Below, one piece after another: positions 1-12,022 of a stretch of DNA of 64,000 bases. The stretch is taken from the NCBI GenBank assembly GCA_951804945.1, contig OX638159.1, forward strand, positions 6,510,001 to 6,574,000, given 5' to 3'. Positions within the stretch are counted from its first letter, which is position 1. Each line of letters begins with the position of its first letter. Under the pieces are notes generated by a model that ran no database searches, was not told where the DNA came from, and saw only the letters and a list, made by a program, of their open reading frames with translations. The translations under genes were made by a program, and so were the position numbers. This DNA is from Podarcis cretensis (lineage: Eukaryota).

Positions 1-300
1 TAAGAGATGTTTTCAGGGTGCATGGCAAGTTGGTTAACCCACACTTTCTAACCTAGTTATCCTGCCAATTTTTGAATGACAAAAATTCCAATATGCAAAT
101 GATGGGAAATAGCACTGGAAAGAGCAGGATAACAACCAAATACTGGCAGAGTCAAACAACTTCCACACTAGCAGATCAGGATGACAGCTCAGTAAACAGG
201 TGACATTGTAGAACAACTGTACAAGTTTTATGCAAATGTTTCAGCATTAATGTTCATTAAGCAGTTGGTCTGGAAGCTCCCTAACAGGTTTATTACTTAC

Positions 301-390
301 GAGCTTCATTCATCATCTGCCAGCTTCACCAAATGACTTTTCAATCTTCCAGGCCATTTTCAGAAGCAGCACTTCATTCTCTTCCTGCAC
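301..390 (-). other. Candidate spliced exon (90 bp, probably 5' UTR or start-codon exon) of an unidentified minus-strand gene
   Basis: Minus strand reads ...gctaat (branch-like)...ttttgcatttgaactacag|GTGCAGG...GAAGCTC|gtaagt. All three frames contain stops, so it is not an internal coding exon. Confidence 0.35.
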
Positions 391-1119
391 CTGTAGTTCA
401 AATGCAAAATGCACATTAGCTAGAGAGTGTATATGATGTAAAACTGACACCTGTCTGTTTGCTATCTTGCACGAACAACATTCATGAGTGACACATCCCA
501 GTCTAATAGATTTTCCTAGGGCTGTTGGTGTAAGCTACTAAAATCAGTCATTTGGGCACTAGAAATTAAGCCATTTCACAATGGGCAGCTAAAAATATGC
601 ACCTAAATCCTCTACCTGCTTTCCCCTTTGTTGACTCATTAGATCGCTAAGATCATCAAGGGAGACTTTATTCATGACACTGAAATCCACAGATTGCCAC
701 CTGACAGAAACACAGAAGCAGGCATTTTCTGCCATTGTACCTGTGCTTTGGAAAAACTCCCCCCCCCCCCATCTTATAGATAACACTATGTATTATGTGT
801 TTCAGACATCTTTTGAAGACATACCTTTCCCCTCAGGATTACAAATGCACTGTGTGTACATGCACACATGTATCTCCAGGTGCTGCTTTATTGTTATACA
901 GTTTATATTGATGATTTTATTGTATCTTTTATGTGTTTGCTGTGCACTGCTCTGAGATTATTTTAATAATAAGCTTGGAAATGTTCCCAGATAGATAAAT
1001 AATTGTCCCTTCTTTAGTCATATCCCAGCACTGACAATTATATTTCGGAACCCCATAAGGCTCATTTCTCAGGGTTATCCGTGACTGACATTTGGAAACA
1101 AACCACCACCGTTCTTATA

Positions 1120-1565
1120 CAGTGGTACCTTGGTTTAAGAACAGCCCTGTTTAAGAACTACAGTGGACGCTCGGGTTGTGAACGTGATCTGTGCGGGAAG
1201 CACATTCGCAACCCGCCGCGTCTGTGCACGCATGGGTCACAATTTGGTGTTTCTGCGCATGCACAAGTGCCAAAACCTGGAAGTAACCCATTCCGGTACT
1301 TCAGGGTTTGGCGCGGTGTGAAACCCAAAATCGCACAAGTCTCTAACCCAAGGTATGACTGTTTATTCAGCTTACAAACTCCACAAAATCAGAAGTGGTG
1401 TCCTGGTTTGCGAACTTTACCTCGGTCTAAGTACAGAATCTGAATGGTGGGAAGGCACTGGCTGTGGGAGGCCTCATTAGGGAAAGCGCGCCTCTGTTTA
1501 AGAATAGTTTTGGTTTAAGAACAGACTTCCAGAACGGATTAAGTTCGTAAACCAAGGTAGCACTA
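1120..1565. mobile_element. Tc1/mariner (pogo/Tigger-like) MITE, outer element
   Basis: TA-CAGTGGTACCTTGGTTTA ... TAAACCAAGGTAGCACTA-TA terminal inverted repeats (TIRs) flanked by TA. Confidence 0.8.
1161..1361. mobile_element. Tc1/mariner-type MITE nested in the 1120-1565 element
   Basis: Starts after TA with CAGTGGACGCTCGGGTT and ends AACCCAAGGTATGACTG; it interrupts the outer element. Confidence 0.7.
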
Positions 1566-2214
1566 TAGTGGAAAGGTATGTGCATGTTAGTGCATCCTAA
1601 TATGTAATGCAAAACATCTTTACTTCAGTATATGAATATTGCTGACGTCGTTTCCAAAATCGTATTTAAGGTTTCATTTTGTTTTTTAAAAGAACCTGTG
1701 ATATAGTTTCCTGAAAGGAACTCAGTCAAAATTGCATGTTGCATGAAGAAGTAATAACTGAGATATCTCTTCATTGTACAGGATGGTTTCCATCATGATT
1801 CTCAAATTACATTCTGCTTTCATATCCAATACCATCTCAAAGGGAACTTGGGTTTTTTTTAATTGGGAAAAAGTACAATATTTCTGGAGATAAAAGCAAA
1901 CAGCTGAAAACCATTCTCTCCTTATGGTCTTGGCCTGTATTATAATCGTTTCCCTTCAAAGTAAGGGTGATCTGAGTAATACCAGGTGTACACAGTATGT
2001 GTGCTTTATTTTATATTGGTCTGTTTTGCCCTCATTTTTTAATAATTTGTACCTTCTCCAGCTATTATGTATAATTCCCAGCAGGACTTCAAAAAAAGAG
2101 TTAATTGTTGTGGACCATGTAAGATTGGGCAATTGGCCAAAAGCAACTCAGGATGCCCAGATTGCACACTTCTGAACTAGAGAAAGAAAAGAAGGGCATG
2201 TTTTTTGGACACTA

Positions 2215-2605
2215 TACACACCTCCTGGAGGATGTACATATTGCCTGGAAAGTGTACAAACTGAAGTCAAGATATGCACATTCCCCAAGGCCTGCTGAAG
2301 ACTGTATAATGGCTAGATGGTATACAAAATTCAGTACTGCAATGAAAATTCCCCAAAGCTAATTGGAGAGTTCTGCATATTGGCCAGAGAATGTACAAAA
2401 TACAGTTAAGATATGCACATCCCCCCATGTTGAAACTATGCATAATGACCAAAGAACATGCAATGTTGATAAACGCAAATTCCCCAAAGCTTCTTGAAGA
2501 TTGTGTATATTGACTGGAAAATATGTACAATTTCCTCTCCGTGGACAGATTATGTGCACATTCTCCATACAGCCTGGTGAATCTGCATAATGGCCAGTTG
2601 TTTTG
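2215..2605. repeat. Degenerate tandem array with ~60-80 bp units
   Basis: Recurring (c/a)a(c/a)attcccc ... gcatattgg/ataatgg ... tgtacaaa motifs, with units starting near 2277, 2347, 2417, 2477 and 2558. Confidence 0.5.
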
Positions 2606-2920
2606 CACTTTAATTATTCAACTTACATTAAACCTAACAACTACACTGTGCTTTATATCTGCATTGGGCTTTATTTTTCTTCCTGACTGGTTTTAAACTG
2701 CTAAAAGCCAGTGTCTTCTTGTCTTGGGATTTAAATATGTTTTTCCCTTGCTTCCCTTGTCTTGCAAGCTCCTCTAAGGGGCTAACTAAATATGCTCATA
2801 AATATGCAACAGGTAGCTACAGCAGGTCGGGGAGATCTCATGCACACATGCCAATGAGGCTAGGAGTCTCAGAAAAACAAAGACTTCCATTGGTGCCATT
2901 AGACACTTTTTAGCCTAAGG

Positions 2921-3173
2921 CATGGGTAGGCAAACTAAGGCCCAGGGGCCGGATCTGGCCCAATCGCCTTCTCAACCCAGCCCGCGGATGGTCCGGGAAT
3001 CAGTGTGTTTTTACATGAGTAGAATATGTGTCCTTTTATTTAAAATGCGTCTCTGGGTTATTTGTGGGGCATAGGAATTCATTCATTTTTTTCCTTCAAA
3101 ATGTAGTCCGGCTCCCCACAAGGTCTGAGGGACAGTGGACCAGCACTCTCCTGAGTAAGTTTGCTGACCTTTG
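2921..3173. mobile_element. hAT-type MITE (short form)
   Basis: Ends CATGGGTAGGCAAACT ... AGTTTGCTGACCTTTG; perfect 8-bp TSD GCCTAAGG at 2913-2920 and 3174-3181. Confidence 0.85.
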
Positions 3174-3242
3174 GCCTAAGGTTCATCTTTGTCTAGGTTG
3201 GAGGCAATTGGTCTCTCTCTCTCTCTTTTAGCTTTATTAGTA

Positions 3243-3465
3243 CAGTGGTACCTCGGGTTAAGTACTTAATTCGTTCCAGAAATTCGTTAACATGAAACTG
3301 TTCTTAACCTGAAGCCCCACTTTAGCTAATGGTGCCTCCTGCTGCTGCCGCGCTGCTGGAGCACAATTTCTGTTCTCATCCTGAAGCAAAGTTCTTAACT
3401 TGAGGTATTATTTCTGGGTTAGCGGAGTCTGTAACCTGAAGCGTATGTAACCCAAGGTACCACTG
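3243..3465. mobile_element. Tc1/mariner (Tigger-like) MITE
   Basis: TA-CAGTGGTACCTCGGGTTA ... TAACCCAAGGTACCACTG-TA. Confidence 0.85.
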
Positions 3466-3491
3466 TAAATTTATTTAAGATTCAACAATAA

Positions 3492-4263
3492 AGACTCTCC
3501 TCCCTGAAAGAGAGGGGAGTGGTTGTGGGCGGGAGCCCGAGCACCGCCCAGCAGGGGGGCATTTGCCCCCTGCCTCCAGCTCACCTGGCTGGTGCTCACG
3601 CCCCCCTCCTGTGGCCATCCAACCAGGTGCCACGGAGGGGGCGTGTTCAGCAGCCTTTTGCTGCAGTGCCAGCCTCTCCCCGGCCTCATTCTTCGCCATC
3701 GTCTTGTTGCGAGTCACCCACCCTCCACTCCCTTTGAGTTAGGGCTTAGGTCATTGGCCTTGCTATGGACCTTAGGTTGGTCACCCTGGTTGCCCAGGGG
3801 GCCTGGTAGGAGTTTTTCATTTGGCATTAGGCTTTTTGGTTTTTTCGCCTACCTCATAGCAATCGTCACAACTTTTGTGGTATTGGTGGGTAGGTTAGGC
3901 ATTGGAATAATGTGTTGTGGTGTGTCGAAGTGCTAGGTGTGGCCATCGCCTATGCCTTCAATGTTTAGGGGTATTTCGTTAAAGGAATCTGGCGGTCGTG
4001 TATTCTGTCCGATGCCTGCTTGGCGGGAGGCCATGGCACGACCCTCGGTTACAGCAGGAGGTGAGCCTATAGTTGGATCAGCATCAACAGGCTCCACCTA
4101 CTGGTGAATAAACCCACTTGTTTCGATCCAATGCCTAAGCCAATACCTTTTCATTGCTGTAATCAATAAAGTTGTGGCCTTTTCTAGCCCATTAACCTTA
4201 TATCACGTGTCCTTGTGTCTTCATTTCACTTCGCGGGGTCGGGTCCTCGAACCACAACAATAA
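3492..4263 (+). mobile_element. GC-rich LTR-like element without TG..CA ends, possibly a DIRS/Ngaro-derived repeat
   Basis: Abrupt GC/CpG-rich block with AATAAAGTTGTGGCC near 4165; flanked by a direct repeat CAACAATAA at 3483-3491 and 4255-4263. Confidence 0.5.
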
Positions 4264-5668
4264 TTCAACAGTAACTGATACATCAGTTCACTATTTGCTA
4301 CAGTTGACCATCTTTAACAATAGTTAACAAACTACAAAACATCGCTTAACAGTCTCAGTTGAGGACTTAACAGATAAGCTTCCCTATGTGCTGCCTTCGC
4401 AGTGATAAATGGGCTTCTCCAACTCTGTAGCTAGTTCAAGAAAACAAGATGCATAGCTGCCTGCTACGTATTTAACTGAATGCCTAGTGTGGCCCTGATC
4501 CATGCAGCTCAGGGCTAAAATGAACCAAAGGTAAAAACAGTGGTGGGTAGGAGTCCCTACGCTTGGAACCTACTCTGCTCACAGCCTCAGTTACTTGAAG
4601 TATAGAATCCTACAACCATCCACTACACCCATTTGGGTTCCTTCAAGCATCCACAGCCCCCAGCTAACCTAAGTTGATGATCAGGCACATAGAAGAACAG
4701 CTAATGTAGGAGGAATCTACAAATACAATCCTGGTAAACTGGAACTGAGAAACTGTGTAATCAAAACAGGGATCTTTCTTTGATGTAATGACTGTGCCCA
4801 CGCACACACAAAAGAAACTAAATAAGAAATAAGAGGGGGGGAGAGATTGGGATAAGGGGGGGCAATGATTTACCAAAATGAGGGAATCTGGACTATTTGG
4901 GGCACATCAGGCAGCTTTTAAGGTACGAAGCTTAATTTTTTTCTAATGCGATTCTGTAGATAATAAACTTTTTTTAAAAAAATATTGGGCAGTATCTCAT
5001 AAGTTATTTATTGCGGATCATTTTAATATAAGTCCAGGCTGGGTGCCAGTTTATGGAGCTTTTAATGGTCTTTTTGCATTTATTTTAAGTTCGATTTCCT
5101 ACTCATGCAGAATGTCCTTTTATTTATCCACCAAATGGAACACAGTGAATGTTGAGCCAGAGTTAAACTCAGCAAACCCTGACGTTCTCCCATCACACAT
5201 TTGTCAGCTCCGTCTAGAAAAAGAGGCGCTATGAAAACAGTTTTGCATTTCTACAAGTTTGCCATGTACGCAAATAGATATTTGAGTGCAGAATCCACCC
5301 ATTACACCTTCTATAAAAGCAACAACACTGGTCTCTTATCCTTTTTGGCAGCAAAGAATAGAAATTAATCAACCTGTCAATTTCAGGATCTATCAATATT
5401 TTCAGTCTTGTTTTCAATTAGTTCCATTTGTGCACCAGTCTGCATTTTTTTGAACTCCATGTGAAAATTTATCCTAATAAACATATTTTTAAAATCAATA
5501 TTTTGTACATTCTTTTCACTGACGTAGGCGTCCTGGTATGCACTTTCCTCTAATTTACTTATTTTAAAAAATACACATTACAAAATTTGGAGAAATGTAA
5601 ATTTCTAATGTTTTGGTTCACATATTGGTTCGGGAAGTTAGAATTAGGCAAGTTCAAATTAAAACTAC

Positions 5669-5902
5669 AGAGGTGAGGTTACAGGGAATCAGGCAGAGGG
5701 CCTTCTCAGTAATGGCGTCTGCCCTGTGGAACACCCTCCCAGCAGATGTCAAAGCAATAAGCAACTATCTTACTTTTAAAAGACCAGAGGCAGTCCTGTT
5801 TAGGGAAGTTTTTAATGTTTAATGCTGTATTGTGTTTTTAATATTCGGTTGGGAGCCACCCAGAGTGGCTGGGGAAACCCAGCCACATGGGCGATGTATA
5901 AA

Positions 5903-5945
<43 letters not shown>
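5669..5945 (+). mobile_element. L2 LINE 3' end fragment
   Basis: Encodes RLQGIRQRAFSVMASALWNTLP; 3' UTR CCCAGAGTGGCTGGGG and (TAT)n tail; same family as the 28543 and 61731 copies. Confidence 0.8.
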
Positions 5946-6339
5946 CTGAGATTCCTGTATTGCAAGGGGTCCCTTCCCACTCTATGACTCTATGATTCAA
6001 CTAAATCATTTTACACATAGAACAACTTTTGTAATTACAAAATAACTCCGCCGCCATTTCCTTCCCTCATATGCTCCCTGTACCACACCTAAATTTGCTG
6101 CAGAGGGCCTCCAGAACAGATTTGGGAGGTGTGGGCAGAGGAGATGAAGGGGAAGTTCCATTGTGCTCTTGAAATTATTTCCATGTGCACACAACCCACA
6201 GAGTTGGTATATAAATAGCTATTTTCTACAAGGGAATGCGTGCAGAACCTCCAGCTCGCATGCCTCATTAGATCTGCCAGGCCTCCCCATTTGGTCCACC
6301 AGGCCACGTTGGTCAAGTTACATCAGTTCTGGGGCAAGT

Positions 6340-6710
6340 AAAGTCATGGCATCATATTCAATCCTCCATTTTGATGCCGAGCCATTCATGTATGGTTGTG
6401 TGTGGATACTCAGTCATCGGTGAATATACCTAACAGAAGTATAGATCAAGTCCCATTCTGCAATCTTGTCAACAAAGATATCACAGAAGACCTGATCAAA
6501 CACTTTTCTGAAATAAAGATACACTATGCTCACAGCATTCCCATGATCTACCAGACAATTCTATCACAAAAGCAGAATAGGTTGGTTTGGCATGGGTGGT
6601 TGTTTTTTCTTGATTAAGTCATACTGGCTCCTGGTGATCAATGCATTGTTTTTCTGCGTTGACTGCTATTGTAGAATTTTTCCCAGGATCACCTGAGGAT
6701 GAGATATTTC
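6340..6710 (-). mobile_element. Old, degraded CR1 reverse transcriptase fragment
   Basis: Minus-strand translation GNAVSIVYLYFRKVFDQVFCDIFVDKI...VRYIHR*L...MNGSASKWR aligns by eye with the CR1 RT motif GNAVDxVYLDFSKAFDKVPHDIL...NGSxSxWR; contains stops and frameshifts. Confidence 0.75.
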
Positions 6711-7226
6711 ATATCATCTGCTAAATTATGCAGCATAAGCAACTATCAAAAAATAAATCAATTTGTCTAATTTGGTAGGATAATTAATTTGTCTTTTTCT
6801 TGGCATAGAATTTTGGCTATCTATGTGTGGAGTTCTTATTTTTTATCTTTTTATCGCAGAATACACAGCTCTGACATTACATTTGCCTTTTTAAAAAAGA
6901 TTTTCAAAATCAGTTATCTACCAATTACAGTCAGAGCATTACCTGGGCAACAGTGAACTTATTTCATTAGTTGGATTCAGCTTGCAACAAGATAAGAATG
7001 CTCTATGCTTTCTGCATTCTAGTAAACCCCTGGGCAAATGGACATCATCATCTTGTGTGTCAAGCTTTTTTGAAAAGAGTATAGAGAAAAGAGATTGTAA
7101 CTGAATTCCTTCTATAGTAGCTGAGGTGAGAACTCCTCAGGAATTCAGTCTCAAATTGCAAAACCATTGCTTGTGAGTATATCTCCTAAGAGAAATTTTA
7201 TCATAGATTATTGTACTGTGGCCTAG

Positions 7227-7606
7227 TAAAGGTAAGGATAAAGGACCTCTAGACAGTTAAGTCCAGTCAAAGGCGACTATGGGGTTGTGGCACTCATCTC
7301 ACTTTCACGCCAAGGGAGCCAGTGTTTGTCCACAGACAGCTTTTTGGGTCATGTGGCCAGTGTGACTAAACCGCTACTGGCGTACGGAGGACTGTGACGA
7401 GTGCCAGAGCGCACAGAAACACCGTTTACCTTCCCGCCGCAGCGGTACCTATTTATCTCCTTGCACTGGTATGCTTTCGAACTGCTAGGTTGGCAGGAGC
7501 TGGGACAGAGCAACAGGAGCTCATCCCATTGCGGGGTTTGAACCGCCAACCTTCCAATCAGCAAGCCCAAGAGGCTCAGTGGTTTAGGCCACAGAGCCAC
7601 CCGCGT
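7227..7606 (-). mobile_element. Sauria SINE
   Basis: Reverse complement of the GACGCGGGTGGC head, the AAGTAGATAAATAGGTACCGC-like core and a degenerate ACCTTT tail. Confidence 0.9.
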
Positions 7607-9032
7607 CTAGTATATAGTAATACCTAATATATGGTAATACACTGACATCCATGTCAGGCAAATTGTAGTAGAAACACGTATAAGAGAGCAATCCAGAGGG
7701 GGTGTTGGAGGATGAAAGGCAGGAGAACTGCCAGATCCCAAACCCTGCCGTGCTTGAATTTGTAGGGTAGAACGGCAGTGAGGGCAGCCTTTCCTTTTGT
7801 GTGTGTGTGTTTCTCCAGCTTGGTCTCAACGGGAAGGAAAATCCATCTGTTTTGGTGTCAGGGAAATGGTTCAACACCTCAGTGACCACCTCTTTCCATA
7901 TGAACTGAGCCAGACACTGATCATAATCTGAGGGCCTTCTTTTAGGATTGCCATATTTCAAACAGTGAAACTCCAGACGGCTTTTTTTGGCAGAGTTGTT
8001 GTGCCTCCGGACAAGCAGCTTTGATAACAGGACTAGGGTTTGTGTCTGACAATTTCAGGTTTATGTTCTGCTGAACTGGCACCAAAAGTCACAGAAACTA
8101 AGTGTAAACTGATTTGACAGAAGTAGTTGTGTGTGATCCAGAGGCAGAAGGACTCGAGTGTCCAGCGTTTTCCAAGCAAGCACAACTAACTGAACAAGTA
8201 AAGAACACAGAAAAGACAATGCGATCTATTACTTCCCCAAATCACTGTGGCTGGAGAGCTCAAGTAAAATCATTTCCTCTTATTAGATGCTATGGACATC
8301 AGTCACAAAAGAGCCTTTACCCTCTACCCATCTGCCATTTTCCACACACGGCAAACTTAGAAATAAATGTTTACTTTTTGCTGAAATACTGTATGATTTT
8401 TATTTTTTTATGTTCAAATCTCACAATCACCTGAAATTACTTCAGAACCCCACCTTCAATTCAGTGAGCTTCAGAAATAATCTGCTTCAGTTCGGACAAG
8501 TCCCAAATGTCTCTGAAGGGTTCCATTTGAGTTTTTGATTTGGAATTCTTCTAAATTTGATGCACAAAATCTTAGTAATACATCAACACACATATACATT
8601 GGTTCCCATACACACAATCTGAAGTCCTTTTGCAGGGTATAGGATCATCCATGCTGGAGCTTGTGCATGTTCAGTGTATGCATGTAGAGTCCGTGATCCT
8701 TGAAGGCAGAATGGATGGAGGCAGCATTAGCAGACACAACCCTAAACAGCCAACCAGAACAAAATAATAATCTTCATCTGATAAGTAAGGAGAGCAATAC
8801 AGACCTGCTGAGGCAGGAAGATCACTGGGCCATTTGTACATGAATTAATATCTGAATGGAGCTCTCTCTCTCTTTCCATATATAAACACAAGCCATGCAC
8901 AGGCAAGATAATTGGTATGGATCTTTCATTCACATCACTCTGCTGATAATAATGGGGAAATGTGCATTGACAGAATGCACTGAGCAAGTTGGGGAAGTTA
9001 ACAGAGATGTCCTTTATGAATAATCTGATCGA

Positions 9033-9103
9033 GTGTGTGTGTGTGTGTGTGTGTGCGCACGCGCACGCGCGCGCACGCGCGCGCACACACACACACACAC
9101 ACA
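9033..9103. repeat. Compound (GT)n-(GC/AC)n-(AC)n microsatellite
   Basis: About 70 bp of uninterrupted purine-pyrimidine alternation; the (GT)n and (AC)n arms are complementary. Confidence 0.95.
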
Positions 9104-9948
9104 TTCTCTACCTCCTTTAGCACATTTTTGCCTGACTGAGCTGTAAGTGTACATCAGGCAACTAGGGAGTATTATCTTCTACAGAGTTCAGTGCAAAAAG
9201 CTCTGATAAATAGCAACAATAAAGCTTTCAAGCATTACAATCAATACTTAATGGAATAATGTAAATCCAGCCCATGGATGACTGGGGGATTCTGCTATCT
9301 AGCAAAAAGCAAGAGATTGATGCACAACTGCAAAGGTGCTTCCTTTTTTCTGATGTAAGCTGAGAGGAGGATACAATAATGCACTAAAGTTGCTTGGCTT
9401 GTATTGTGCAGATATTGCTCTTTTCATCTTCATTTTTAATGGGAGGGGGGAGCCCCAGAGACTCAGTCTCTCCCAAAGCTCTGCTTAAAAAAAGTTATGC
9501 TGTTCTCCTCTTTAGACACATTTACACATCTTCCATCAGCTTGGGGTGGGGGGCGAGGGGAGAGATTTCAGTAACAACCCCCCCCCCCCACACACACACA
9601 CAACCACCACCAAAGAAACAGATCTGCCTTGAGGCAGCAGAAAATGCATGCGATAAGGGAATAGCCATGAAGTGTAAAGGAGTATTTAGGATTTAGACGT
9701 CTTTGACTGGAGACTGTATAGGCAATGTGAAGGATGTGTGAAAAATCCAAAATAAAAGCACAAGAATAAGGAGGATATTATAAGAGAGCTTGCTTGAAAG
9801 TCACAACTGTCCACAAAAGAACATGGTAAAGATGGAGTTGACAGGGAGACATCAAAGAAGACTAAAGGCATCTCCATACTAGAGAGAAAAGAGGGGGAAA
9901 GAGTAACATGGAGTCGCCTTCATTTGTACTAGAGTACAGGATCAGATA

Positions 9949-10077
9949 GGGACGCGGGTGGCGCTGTGGTCTAAACCACAGAGCCTAGGGCTTGCCGATC
10001 GGAAGCGAGATGAGCGCCGCAACCCCAGAGTCGTCAGCGTCTGGACCTAACGGTCAGGGGTCCCTTTACCTTTACCT
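9949..10077 (+). mobile_element. Internally deleted Sauria SINE (head fused to tail)
   Basis: GGGACGCGGGTGGCGCTG head joined at ...GATCGGAAG|CGAGATGAGCG... to the 3' part with CCTTTACCTTTACC. Confidence 0.9.
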
Positions 10078-10107
10078 AGTTAACTAGTTCCATTAACACA
10101 GGAATAT

Positions 10108-10468
10108 GGCGGGTGGCGCTGTGGGTTAAACCACAGAGCCTAGGACTTGCAGATCAGAAGGTCGGCGGTTCGAATCCCCGCGATGGGGTGAGCTCCCGTT
10201 CCTCGGTCCCTGCTCCTGCCAACCTAGCAGTTCGAAAGCACGTCAAAGTGCAAGTAGATAAATAGGTACCGCTCCAGCGGGAAGGTAAACGGTGTTTTCG
10301 TGCACTGCTCTGGTTCGCCAAAAGCGGCTTTGTCATGCTGGCCACATGACCTGGAAGCTGTCTGTGGACAAATGCCGGCTCCCTCGGCCTATAGAGTGAG
10401 ATGAGCGCACAACCCCTGAGTCGTCCGCAGCTAGACCTAATGGTCAGGGGTACCTTTACCTTTACCTT
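10108..10468 (+). mobile_element. Sauria SINE (lacks the first ~5 nt)
   Basis: B-box GGTTCGAATCCC, conserved core and (ACCTTT)n tail. Confidence 0.95.
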
Positions 10469-11109
10469 TACAAGATCAGATGGGCCAAGGGTGGTGAACC
10501 ATTCTTGGAAATGCAATAGGCTTGTTGTTGTGGGAAAACTGCCTATTCAGAGTTGACCCAAGCCCACTTTGTTTGTTTCTCTCTAGAGGGAGAGGGAGAG
10601 CAGGGTCACACCTTGTAGCCCTGATCCTGCTATTATATGTCTACCTGCCATGGTGGTTCATGTATTGGATGGGGCGGACTTTGGTAATCTTTATGTGCAA
10701 TGAGCAGGACTGTAATTGTGAGAGGAGAATGACTGGAAAGGGCTTCTGTCGAAAGCAGGGTTTAAATCACTGCCTATCCTGCTACTGGGAACATATTTGC
10801 TGGGGTTACATTTATGAGGAGAATCTCTTGTTAACCTGTCAACAGCACAGTGCAAGCCATCAGACTTTGCTGCCACCATGTAAAATGAGCTGAAAGAACT
10901 GGGTATACCCTGCCAAAAAAAAAAAAAAAAGGCAAAACATTCACAAGGAAATAGTCTGCAGCCCCAACTGTGGCACTCCATTTCAGCCTGATTTTGGCAC
11001 CAATTCACCATTACGTCAAGTTAGATGAAGTTCCACATGGAGTATATCATTATTTTTGCTCCTCTTCTGACTTTAGAATATGCCTTCATTTTTACTTACC
11101 ACATGGCTT

Positions 11110-11553
11110 ATGTGTGGTACGGAAGCTGTACTACCCAGAACAGGATGGGGTTGTGCAGAGTTGTTAAGGCAGCAGAGAGCATTGTTGGCTGCCCACTCTC
11201 CACCTTAGAGCAGATCTATGCCACAAGGTGCCATAGGAAGGCACTGGACATAGTAAAAGATCCATCGCATCCTGGTCACTGTCTCTTCGAGCTCCTGCCG
11301 TCGGGACGGAGATACAGGACGATGAAGACAAGAACGAGCCGTCTCAAGAACAGCTTCTTCTCCAGAGCGATCTCGGCCCTGAATGGGAAACCTGGACTTT
11401 GAAAGTCATCTAATCTTCCTTGCTGTATTATATTGTATTGTTTTAATTAGTGTTTTTATAGTTGTTCTGATTTTGTGTGGAGTGCCCTACCTGGGTGGAT
11501 GGAGCAGCCAAGTAATTTTCGTTGTCCCTGAGAGGGGGCAATGACAATAAAGA

Positions 11554-11595
<42 letters not shown>
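11110..11595 (+). mobile_element. Rex1/Babar-type LINE 3' end (5'-truncated)
   Basis: ORF 11025-11402 ends WYGSCT...RVVKAAESIVG..L..IY..RC.RKA..IVKDPSHPGHCLFELLPSGRRYR...RTSRLKNSFF, the typical Rex1 RT C-terminus; followed by AATAAA and a (TAT)n tail. Confidence 0.8.
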
Positions 11596-11596
<1 letters not shown>

Positions 11597-11654
11597 CATA
11601 TCTACATGTGTAGCTAATTTTAAATTATTATTTTTTAACTAAAGCCATTTTAAA

Positions 11655-12022
11655 AGACGCCTGCTTCTTGGGAGAAGGGCAATGACAGGCCTAGACAGCA
11701 TCTTGAGAAGTAGAGACATCACCTTGCCAACAAAGGTCCGTATAGTTAAAGCTATGGTTTTCCCAGATTGTGAAGCTGAGGCTCCAGTACTTTGGCCACC
11801 TCATGAGAAGAGAAGACTCCCTGGAGAAGACCCTGATGTTGGGAAAGATGGAGGGCACAAGGAGAAGGGGGCGACAGAGGACGAGATGGTTGGATAGTGT
11901 TTTCGAGGTTACCAGCATGAGTCTGACCAAGCTGCGGGGGGCAGTGGAGGACAGGAGTGCCTGGCGTTCTCTGGTCCATGGGGTCACGAAGAGTCGGACA
12001 CAACTAAACGACTAAACAACAC
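11655..12022 (+). mobile_element. Bov-B (RTE) 3' fragment with an internal ~170-bp deletion
   Basis: Encodes DITLPTKVRIVKAMVFP / KLRLQYFGHLMRREDSLEKTLMLGK; CAA tail; 14-bp TSD AAAGCCATTTTAAA at 11641-11654 and 12023-12036. Confidence 0.92.

Noticed and set aside
2215-2605. CRISPR-like array
   Set aside because: Eukaryotic context, degenerate units without unique spacers, and no cas genes.
6430-6507. Apparent minus-strand coding exon (KVFDQVFCDIFVDKIAEW) with AG/GT boundaries
   Set aside because: The similarity extends through both boundaries as degraded CR1 RT.
11755-11775. Bov-B deletion as a spliced-out intron
   Set aside because: No placement of the breakpoints gives GT..AG ends; the CAG microhomology explains it.
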